A stretch of DNA of 55,981 nucleotides, filler included, from Dugesia japonica (taxonomy: Eukaryota), in NCBI GenBank assembly GCA_001938525.1. It is 4 parts of 4 records of this genome, joined end to end, with 100 filler letters (N's around TTAATTAATTAA, not from the genome) between each part and the next. Parts side by side here need not be neighbours in the genome. Positions count along the whole stretch, not along the records: positions 11,800 to 23,479 come from MQRL01632164.1; positions 23,580 to 44,734 come from MQRL01644968.1; 2 more parts are not named here. One strand, written 5' to 3'. The notes under the pieces are model-generated. The model was not told the DNA's origin. It saw only the letters and a program-made list of their open reading frames with translations, and did not search any database. Below, one piece after another: positions 13,190 to 23,846 of this stretch (its first letter is position 1; every line of letters starts with the position of its first letter). The position numbers and the translations under genes were made by a program.

Positions 13190-14990
13190 TTTAGGTTCTT
13201 GTTTGTTTAATTCTTAATTCTTTGAAATTAACAAGTTTTCCCTAATAGTTTATCAAGTCTTAGATGCCATTGATTACACTTTAAACATTTATACTTGTTA
13301 CCATGTGGCCAAGTTTTTATTCCATTATCTTCAATTAATCTTTTGTCGTCGTAACCAGTTAAAGTTATTTTCTTTTGTTCAGCTAATTCTATTTCATTTT
13401 TTCGATTTTAATGAATAATTAGTTCCATATATTTTTTCTTTAGGGTTACTTAAAACTTTATCATATTCTTCCATTCCTATTTTATTAGTTTTAGAAACAT
13501 CTTTATGTTTAGTTTCAATATTTTTATTGTCGCTAATTATATAACTTTTAGCTTTTATAAAATTACATTTAATTATTTCATTATTTAGTTTTTCATCTTT
13601 CATCTCAAATAAATTATTTCCTAATAAACTTGTTAATTTATTTAAATTTTCTTGTCCTTTTATTTCTACAAAAATTGAATCTGTATCTGAATAATGGATT
13701 TTATACTTTCCTGGTATTTATTTATGCATCTGATTATAAATAAAATCAAATATAACTTCTTTTGCATATTCTAAAATAGTAAATCCTATGTATGGGAATT
13801 TATTATATTTTAATTTAGTTTTGTAAAGATGAACTGCTGCTGTTTTGGCTTTGCGAACGCCGCGACTGAAAGAAGCTTCTGAAGGATTTTTCCTGTAAAT
13901 ATTTTACTTGATTTAAAACTAATTTTACTTGTAAATTTTTGATAATCTTTATCATTATCTACAATTTCAATATTACATCTATTTCTAACATTTCTAATGT
14001 TTTTCCATAAAAAGCATTATTTAATAATTTAAAGAATACATCCCCAAAAACATCGTTATTTCTTTTAGTTTCGTTTCTTTGATTGATATTTTATGATATT
14101 TGTTGGCATTTTATATTTTGAATGTATTTTTTTTATTTTCATTCCTAAAGAAAGATACAAATCTAATGTTGATCCTAAAATAATATAATTTTGTTTATCA
14201 AATTGATTCAATGTTAATTTAGTATTTTTCTTGAATAACTTTTTATTAAAGCTTAATTGATATGGTGCCAACATTTCTTTTGTAATATTTAAAGGATATG
14301 GTGCTAATGGAAAGTATTTAGTTTTTTCATGAATTGCTTTTGGATATTCTAAATCAACTTCATAAACATAATTAATATCTTTAGTTGATTTAGTATATTC
14401 TAAATCCTTACATTCATAGATTTCACCAGTTGGTGAAGGTTTTGTCATACAACTTGCATACAAAGAATTCTCGTCTAGATATTTTAAAAATGTTTCTTCT
14501 TTCAAATTTGTCGGTGGAGCTCTATTTTTAATTAATGAAAATAATATATCTCCAACTTGTGCTTTGTTTAATTGTCTAGTTTTATTAAATCTATTATTTG
14601 ATTTTTGATTTCTTTCACCACAAACACCAGAATAACCACCTCTAACTCCCCTTTCATTTTTAATAAATCTATCATAAGTTTTTTTTGTGCATATTTTAAT
14701 TTTACTTGAGTAAATTTCATACCTGCATTCCAAGTTAATCCTGGAGCTGAATAACAATAACTTGGATNNATTTGATAATTATTTAAACATGTTTCTCTAA
14801 AATTTTCAAAGTAATCAGCTAAAATAATTACATCTAGTTTCATGTAATGTAACATATAATCCCATAAATTATAAAAGTTACTAAAATCATTTAAAAATTC
14901 ATTATATTCTTGATCAGTTATTTGTTTTTGTTTTAATATATTATCAAAATCTTGTTTCGATGGAAAATAACCTTCAAATTACCTTTTGGA
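13190..14990 (-). pseudogene. pPolB: Protein-primed family B DNA polymerase (Polinton/Maverick/adintovirus type), fragmented
   Basis: Motifs appear in the correct order: YMKLDVIILADYFENFRETC, SAPGLTW, RGVRGGYS, YLDENSLYASCM, YEVDLEYP, FPLAP, FKLLNNAFYGK (~14002-14035), YIGFTILEYAK, HYSDTDS (~13677-13697), KAKSY, YDDKR, TWPHG. Confidence 0.92.
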
Positions 14991-14999
14991 ATTATAAAG

Positions 15000-15391
15000 T
15001 TTCTTTCTTCTGTAAAAACCCATATTTACATCAAGACCTTTTACATCAACATCTCCTTTATTTATATCAGGAATTCATCCAGATAATTCACCATATTCTT
15101 TTTTACTTGTATTACTAGTTGTAATAAAATTCAACATTGTTGATGATATTCCAAGGTCATTCATTATTTCTACATCCAAATATCCTAAAGCTAATCTCAT
15201 TGATTTAAATAAACTTGGAAACTAATTATTTTATCCTTATGAGCATCAGCAGCTCCAAATTCTAATGTAACTTTAAAATATAATATTGAATTACAAATAT
15301 GTAATGGATTTGTAGATTGTAAAGACTGAAAAACAATATCTCCAGAAGACATTAAATTATTAATTGATCCAGATGAAGGTGAAATTCTCAA
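15000..15391 (-). pseudogene. Putative N-terminal fragment of a Polinton-like major capsid protein
   Basis: LMSSGDIVFQSLQSTNPLHICNSILYFKVTLEF followed by NDLGISSTMLNFITTS...LSG*IPD...NMGFYRRR resembles the N-terminal pattern of Polinton-like double-jelly-roll capsids. It abuts the truncated pPolB. Recognised by eye only. Confidence 0.5.
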
Positions 15392-17431
15392 AACATCATT
15401 TTTTAGATAAAAGTGTTGAAAATTAATAATATTATCAATAATAAGTTTTTTGGCTCCATTTTTCTAAAGAAAAATAATAATAAAATAATAAAAAATAATA
15501 CATGAGTAATAGTGAATAGTACGAGTATGAGCCGATATATTTTTTTAACTAAATATGCACTGATATTTTTATTACGAACTAAAAACCTATTAGCCGAAAA
15601 ATACAAGCCAAAAAAACAAAACCTTAATTTTTTTAAGTAGGGTTCTTGGACTGATGTATTGGTAAGTAATGTGTAATTCACGCCTTCCACTTATGCTTTA
15701 CCAATCTTATTCATAATGCAAAATTTTATATTATTATTCTTCTAGGTGTTAAACATATAATTGAATGTAAAGGTCAGAACATTGAGTGGAAGGCTTCAAT
15801 TACATATTACTTAGATGGGACCCTAACATTATAATTATTTCATTTTTTTTAAAGTAGATATTGAAATCTCTTTAAAAAATTGATTTTGTTGAACCAACAA
15901 ATATTTTATTTATTTTGAATTAAATCTTTTCTGGGAAAATTGTGTCTTGATGGTCTGGACTAGTAAAACGCCGAGAAGAATTTGATCTAGTATTCCAAAA
16001 ACAAGATTTTCTGAATGGAGCCGTTGACTCTCAACCCGTAGTTAGAGTACAGGCTCGCATTCCTTTGTTTTGGGTTTTTATTTCAGGATACTCGCTTTAT
16101 ACGGCGAAGTGCGCTTAACCCTAATTGTCAATGACGGCAGTGTTTTGAATCATATCATATATCTGACTGTTATTACTTTCATGATTATCATTTTAGCAGA
16201 TTATCAAAAAGATATTACGGGAGATATAGCTATTAATGTCAACATCAAAATTTAATATTTCTAGGATTATGGAAAAGTGAGTTTGTCATTAATGTCCTAA
16301 CGTTCTGAATTGATACTTAGAAATCATCCATATGCCTTATGGTTATTAGTTAAGCATTACTGTTGTGATTTATTATTGGTCGTTAATCTTTATCACCTAT
16401 CTTTATCACCTTACAATTTGCCATTAATTTAGTTTTTGCTAATAAAGGAAACTACTCGTATTAAATAACGAGAGTTCATAAAAAATATTATTATTATTAT
16501 CAATATTTATCAATCATTAAAGATCAATTTTATAATTATTATTGTTCAGCATTATTACCTAATGAATTATTATCAGGACGCACTATTTACTATTGTCATC
16601 ATTAACCATTATTATCATATTTATCCTTATTACGATTTTTACTGTTTTCAATAGTTTAACATTACTAATTAGGGATTGCTTATCCCCGCCTATCTTAAGA
16701 GAAAAGTAAATTTTATATTATAATAATTTATCATTATAAATCATCATAAACGTAAACCATAATTTGAACAATTACTATGATAAATCATTTATGGAAAAAT
16801 TTAATTAATGTCATTAATCAATGAAAATTTATTTATCATTGTGTAATGTTTTAATAATTACCAATCTTATTATAATCAACAAAAGAAATTCGATTACATC
16901 AAGTTTTTTACTATCATTACTAAAATCCTATTAAGCATTAAATTGTAGAATTAAACAAAGACTTACATGAGTCATAAATGGTCCGGAGCAAGCACCTCAT
17001 TGTTTTGCTGTTGTTATCACGATTGGATTGTANNNNNNNNNNNNNNNNNNNNNNNNNNNNNNNNNNNNNNNNNNNNNNNNNNNNNNNNNNNNNNNNNNNN
17101 NNNNNNNNNNNNNNNNNNNNNNNNNNNNNNNNNNNATCATTGATCCATCACTTCGGTCAGTCAACACTCACACACCCGTGCACTACTAGTCACCTTATAA
17201 TTATTCTTATGGTTTATCGCTAGTTGCATTGCCAATTGATCCGTTTTATTTTTCTACCTGTATTGATGTTGCCAAGTTGGAAACCGTTGTTGAAAAATAA
17301 AAATTAGATAATTTCTTACCGTTTCAACATCGACAATTTCAATTGTTGATTTTAGTTAAAAATTTTATGATAATTGATGTCCAAAATTGAACTGTATTTA
17401 TACAAAATTTCAGTACGCCTTCTTTCTTTTC

Positions 17432-17477
17432 ATTGGCCAATGCACATGCTCTAAGTTTTCTTGTGTTTTTATTGGAC
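17432..17477. promoter_or_regulatory. CCAAT boxes upstream of lin54, in a possibly bidirectional promoter
   Basis: Palindromic cattggccaatg at 17431-17442 and attgg at 17471, lying between the divergent SLC44 and lin54 genes. Confidence 0.35.
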
Positions 17478-18008
17478 AATATACTCAAATTCTGTCACCT
17501 TATTATTAGACAAACCTTTGGAATTCCAAAATTATTAGAATTTAATTGGTTAATTTTTTTTAAAAAATCAAAGTAAACGATTTTGCATAACTTTACTTGA
17601 AAATTAACATTTTTAAAAGAACATTTAAAAAAAACAATTAAAATGAAAATTTTAAAAACATTTCAAAAGAAATTAAAAAATACGACGAATCTTAAAATGA
17701 TTGATGACTTTTAAGTCGTATTTAATAGTATTCAATGAAATATCGATCAGAAAATAATAAAAAAAAATGAATTCTGTTAATTTTATTCGAATTTATAAGT
17801 TTTTAAAAATTATTTAATAATAAAAAGTCATTTTTAACTGTTTACTATGAGTTTATTAATTAATTACATTGTTTAAAAAATATCATTATTTAACCATTAC
17901 ATTTTGGCCATTTTAAATTCAAATATTTATAATTTATTGAATTAATAGCAAAGATTTATAAATTTTCATAACTTTCTTAATAATACTCTTAAAAAGTTTT
18001 TTCATAAT

Positions 18009-19613
18009 ATGCAACAAGGATATCAAATTACCAAAGGAGTTAATACTCCAGGTGGAAAAATTGTTAAAATTGTCCAAGTTGCTAATTCAGGAAATAATTA
18101 TGTTGCTACATTTCAAGGATTTAATACTATCCCAATTCGCTCTAATAATTCTAGTGTCAGTAGTGATGTTTTGGGAACACTTTTGTCTCAACATCCTTTA
18201 GGATACATTACTAATCAAACAAGCCAACCAAGTAGCTTATTGTCATCAAATTTACCGGAAGGTATGAATATTAGTCAACAATCCAATACAAATATGTCAA
18301 ATAACGGTCAAAATAGTAATTCAAGTCAACACAGTTCAAGAAAACCGTGCAACTGTACAAAATCTCATTGTCTTAAATTATATTGTGAATGCTTTGCAAA
18401 TGGACAACTTTGTGATATGTGCAATTGTAATAATTGCATGAATAATTTAAATTTTGAAGATGAGAGAGCAAGGGCCATTAAAATGACATTAGATAGGAAT
18501 CCTACGGCATTTCATCCAAAAATAGGTATTTCCTTGTAATTTTTCTAGAATTTTTTTCTAGAATTTGCCTGTAGGGCGGGGTGAAGGTGAGCGCAAGCAT
18601 ACCAAGGGATGCAATTGTAAACGTTCGGGTTGCCTGAAAAATTATTGTGAATGTTATGAAGTAAATAATTGTTTGTAATATGAATAATAATAATTATCTA
18701 GGCAAAAATTAGCTGTACTGAGAGTTGCAGGTGCCAAGGCTGCAAAAATACTGAAGATAGTATTGAGAGACGTTCTTTAAAAAGACTTATTGCTATGTCT
18801 TCTCTAAAATCTAATCAACCTAATGCTATTACCAAGAGTCTAATAAAGCCACCTCACGAAAGGTACTTTTATAATCTTACAGTTTGAAAGTATTATAATT
18901 AGGTTACCTCACTCATTTTTAACATGGGAAGTTATCGAAGCAATGACAAATTGCTTGTTATCCAAAGCAGAAGAATTTGAAAGATCAGAACTTACTATTG
19001 AACAACAAGAACGCAAATTAATCGACATATATGGTACTTGCTTAAATAAAATTATTGAGACTTCAAGAACAGTATTAAAATTATACATAATTATTAATTT
19101 ATGTTTATTATCCAGGCCCTTTTTAACAATAATGTTAATCAATATTCTAATATTATCGTGGATAATTACCTAATGAATCCAAACATACCAGGAGATTTAC
19201 TTAGATCGTTAGACAATGATAGTGCACGAAGGGATAGAAATCAAGAAAATCGAAGTGATTTGGTTGATGACGAAGAAGGGGATGATGAATTGGATGTTGA
19301 TTTAGAAGATGCAATGGTGATGAATGATGATGATGACGATGATGATGACGGTGATTCAGAAATAGTCTATACAAGACGACAGCCTCATATATCTGGTTAG
19401 TTAATATAACTTGTTATTGATTAAAATAAATGTTTTTAAGAAACTTATACTTCACGTACTGGTAGAAGACGTGGTCGTCCATCAGATAATGCAGATCCCG
19501 CCTGGCGACCTGGTAAAACTAAACATAATCGTCAAAACCAGTACTATATGTCATCAACAAGTAGATCAAGAAGTAGAAGAAGTTACGAGAACGATGATAT
19601 GTTAAATGTATAA
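18009..19613 (+). CDS. lin54: LIN54/tesmin-family CRC-domain protein (MuvB/DREAM subunit); exons 18009-18525, 18575-18660, 18702-18862, 18903-19071, 19116-19395, 19441-19613
   Basis: Two CXC domains ([22 protein letters not shown]; [23 protein letters not shown]) joined by the [11 protein letters not shown] hinge, plus the C-terminal [20 protein letters not shown] motif. Five in-phase GT-AG introns of 40-49 nt. Confidence 0.96.
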
Positions 19614-19814
19614 ATATTAAAATATACTTTGTAATTTCCTTTATTTTGCTTATAAAATAATTATGTTTTACAGTTATTAAAAAAATACTGATAAAGAACT
19701 GAATTTAAATAAAAGGTAGTTAATAGAAATAGAATGAAAAATTAATTTAGAGTCAAATAATCATAAATAATTGAATTTTGAATGGAAATAATAAATTAAT
19801 TAGTGGAGTTAATT

Positions 19815-20927
19815 TCAAATGTTGGAAATTATTTCTGTGTTTGAGCTGATGGGAATTTGTTCTGTTGAGTTATATGGATTAATTTTGTAATTACATAATT
19901 TCCAATCTGTCGTAGGATAGTTCCATATTAGTTTACCGAAATCATTTAAAAATCCGCTTTCCAAGTTAATTTTATTTAAATGTGTGATTATATTCGTGAT
20001 ATTATTGTAGTTATTTTCACCCTTTAATTCCTCTTGGTGCGAATTAGGTTCTTGAGGAATTGAATTTGCAAGTGCCAATAAAGTGTCTTTATCAAAACTA
20101 TTTATAGATTCAAATCGGTCTTCTCCAGTTTTAGCTAATGTTAATAAATGCTTAATTTCGTATTTTGATGGATTTAAACTTTTGGAAATAAATTGAAGCA
20201 TATCTAACAAGCCTAAATAACGACCTTTATAAACATCGAATATGCATTCAACTAAATAGTATTCGTTTCTATAAAAACAAGCGACATTTTCACTTAACTG
20301 CAATTTGCAGAAGCAATAATATTCAATCTTTTCTAAAAATGTTTCGTCGTCTTTTCTGGTAAACTGTTTAATATATGTGTTTGGATGGATTGGAATCATG
20401 AAACAATGATAATGGACACCATATTTATTTGAAGAATATCCATTTATTTTTAACCAGCGATCTAACCAAGGATTTTGTCTTATATCAAATGTTAAGGCTT
20501 CTAAATAAACTAGTGCTTTCGCAATTGGATTAAGTATATCAATATCAGCATACGGTTCTTTAGTTAATTCTTCTAAACAATCAAAAATATTCATTAAGGT
20601 TGAGATGAAAGTAGAGCGAAAAAAATAGTTTACTGTCATATAAATTTCTCCAAGTTTTACAATGAACGTAAATCGTTTTTCTAAACAATCTCTTATTAAG
20701 GGAGTGACTCTATGAGCGATTAATTCCAAGTCACTTGTTAAATACATGGCGCTTAGTGCTATTATCTTTATTATTTCAGAATCTGTAAAGTTGAACTCTT
20801 TTAAACCTTCAATAACATTTCGAAAAGCAGTATTATTTAACAAACCTACATTTATGAACCACAGTTTTCCATTATCTGATTCCATATAATCTTTTTCACA
20901 AAATTCAATTTTGATTTCATTATCCAT
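19815..20927 (-). CDS. Intronless 370 aa protein of unknown function
   Basis: 1.1 kb uninterrupted ORF in very AT-rich DNA, with a globular-looking composition. Convergent with lin54, with ~200 bp between the stop codons. Confidence 0.8.
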   Translation of the reverse strand: MDNEIKIEFCEKDYMESDNGKLWFINVGLLNNTAFRNVIEGLKEFNFTDSEIIKIIALSAMYLTSDLELIAHRVTPLIRDCLEKRFTFIVKLGEIYMTVNYFFRSTFISTLMNIFDCLEELTKEPYADIDILNPIAKALVYLEALTFDIRQNPWLDRWLKINGYSSNKYGVHYHCFMIPIHPNTYIKQFTRKDDETFLEKIEYYCFCKLQLSENVACFYRNEYYLVECIFDVYKGRYLGLLDMLQFISKSLNPSKYEIKHLLTLAKTGEDRFESINSFDKDTLLALANSIPQEPNSHQEELKGENNYNNITNIITHLNKINLESGFLNDFGKLIWNYPTTDWKLCNYKINPYNSTEQIPISSNTEIISNI

Positions 20928-21972
20928 CTTAAAAATTAATAAAATAAATTCCTTAATAGATTATTTGTTGATGGCAATACAATATTATGACAAAGTTTTT
21001 TTAATTTTGAATACATTTATATTTCATTGATTTGCCACACAAGTAAATACATATTTGCTTAAAACAGGCGTTAAACTGTGGAAAACTTAACAAAATATTC
21101 CTTTTCCGAAAAATTAAATGTGCCTACTATTTTTTTTAAATAAATTTGACAAAAGGATCATCTTATATGTTATCCAACACTAACTACAGCCCAGAAAAGT
21201 TTAAGATCAGAGTGGTATTAAATGATTAAATAAAGAATTTATAATTAATTACTTCAGAAAACTAACAAACAAATTATATTAAAAATTTTGATAGAAAATA
21301 CTCCATACTTAACATACTTGGTGCAACAAAACATAGCAATTAAGACATTTATAACTTAAATGATCTAGCTTAAATAACAAGATATGAATGACACAGAGGT
21401 AGAAAAATAATTAGTACAAAATAAATTAGAAAAACGGGTAATAATCATTTAGTGAAAATTCAACAGCAGAAATTATATGGGGAAATAAATCTATAAAAAT
21501 AATATAATAAACCCTATGTAAATTCAAGTCAAAATTCAATCGTGGTTACTTGGTTCTTTCCATGATCAAATAATCTAGACATCAGAACAACATCTAGAAA
21601 AATGAATAGTGAGACTGTCAATTGGAAGAACATCTGTATTAAAACAAATTTCTAATCGGAATAAATACGTAATGTTAAATCAATCGGCAGATCCAAGTTG
21701 TGCAAGTTCAAGAGAGGAAAAGGAGTAATCACCAAATTAGCAGAAAGGACAAAGGGAAAATATGAATCGAGAAGTAATGAATCAACAAGAATTAAGTCAG
21801 TAAGCGCGTAATAAAAATAAAACGGGACAAGAGTCATAATGCAAGAATACAGAACTAGAAAATGAAATATTTCAATACAGATATATGGTAAGGCTAAAAA
21901 GCCCTTAGACTATAACAGAAATAATGAAGTCAACTCAACAAAATTTAAACTAACCATAAATGTACATGCAGA

Positions 21973-22990
21973 GGTCTTATTTCTCGACATAACCCCCGCT
22001 TACATTGACGCACTTTTTTCCAGCGGTCGACCATTCAATTGAAGTCTCTTTCAAAGAAATTTTGATCCTTATTCATGAAGAATTTCGCCATGCTGTTATT
22101 CATATCATCCTTGAAAACAAACTTATGTCCCCGCATTTGTTTCTTCAGATTATTGGAACAACCAGAAATCCAAGATCTGGACTGCAATGAGAATAATCCA
22201 GCTTTTGTGTTTTCTTGGATATGTGAACAGGAGCATTATCATGGAGCAAATAATGATCCTGGCTGCGTGGCTTGAATCAGATGCTTCGGGTTTCAAGTAT
22301 GAGATTACTGCAGTAATCTGATTTTTTGATTTCTTTAGTAAAATTTGGCTTTACGATGACATTTCTATCCCAAAAGACAATCAACATGACACATTTACGA
22401 TGTGAAATTCTTAGACGCAAGACCTTGGTTGGCTTCTCATTTTCAAAAATCCATTTCTTTGACTCTCTTTTAGTGTCTCGTCTGAAGTTATTATATTAGA
22501 CAAAAACTTGGTCCGACTGCATTCAGAAAACAAAGATTCCTTCTACAGGTCATTTTTCGTCTTGCCATCATCTCTGATATTAAAAATTTTGGCTCGAACC
22601 TGCTACAAAACTTTCGGATTCCCATTTACTTTAGAAGCTGCTGAACATTTCTCTTTCAGGCATTCAGCCTCTCAGATAGCTGCATTTAAGTAATTTTTCG
22701 TTATTTGTCGCAATATTTTTCAATGCTTTAGTAATTTCTTCACTAATTTCGACCGATCTTTCACCTATGGTTACATAAAAAAATTTTATTCAACATGATG
22801 AAAATTCTAGGATCCAGTTATAAATGGTCGCCTTAAATGGGGCTTCTTCACCAGACACCTCTTAAAGCTGATCAGTAATTTCCTTCTTGCTAGTTTCCTT
22901 GATAAGTAAAATCGGATCACAATGCAAAATTCAACATTATTGAATATTTTTTTTGAATTATTCTGTTAGGTCTCGTGGGTAAGATCTAAC
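21973..22990 (-). mobile_element. Decayed mariner element
   Basis: Minus strand HDNAPVH (~22223-22243), VFWDRNVIV, WATI*; the 3' end resembles ..WSTAGKK..NVSGGYVEK*. Confidence 0.7.
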
Positions 22991-23846
22991 AATAATTTAA
23001 ATATGCTAATACCTCCAAATTATATACCTAAAACGCGTGCAGGTAATTTTAATGTAAATGAAAAATATTGTTAGATTTGTAAGTCAGACTTACATTAATA
23101 ATATATTTAGTTTTATATTTTGTATAATTAGATTTAGTTAATTATTTTAGTTTGTTTTAATTTGTTGGGTTGCTAGGCTTTTTGATGTGGTTTGCATTTA
23201 TATTGATCTTCATTATCACTCTCGATCTCCACTGTTTCTTCTTTCAAATATCTTTTCTGTCTGGGGGATGATACCCAGCAACCACAGAAATTTATGTTAC
23301 TCCATCTAGTAACACGATCCTCCTTTTCCCCTGGATTCAGCGGGACTATGCTGTATCCCGTCTTAGATATGCAATTTCTATTTATTTTTTATTTTTATTT
23401 TTTATTTAATGTTTATTGTTGCTATTAACAATAAACCTTTCAATCCAACAATTTATAAAGAAACTTTATTTTAGATACANNNNNNNNNNNNNNNNNNNNN
23501 NNNNNNNNNNNNNNNNNNNNNNNTTAATTAATTAANNNNNNNNNNNNNNNNNNNNNNNNNNNNNNNNNNNNNNNNNNNNGATGGTTCCTTACAGTATTTC
23601 CAATTTGTCTTCATCCAAAAATCAATTCCCGACGAATGCAAATTCAACATATCAAAAATAAAAAATAATTTGACCAAAGCTTTTATTTTAATGAATTGTG
23701 AAAAACGATCAATGGTTAAGTCCAACAATTATTCTCGTCAAATCAACAATACAAATCATAAAACAATTTATTGATAAAACACAATTACTATAACTTTCAC
23801 ATAAAAACACAAAATCCTCCTTAAATATTAAAACCAAATAAACAGT

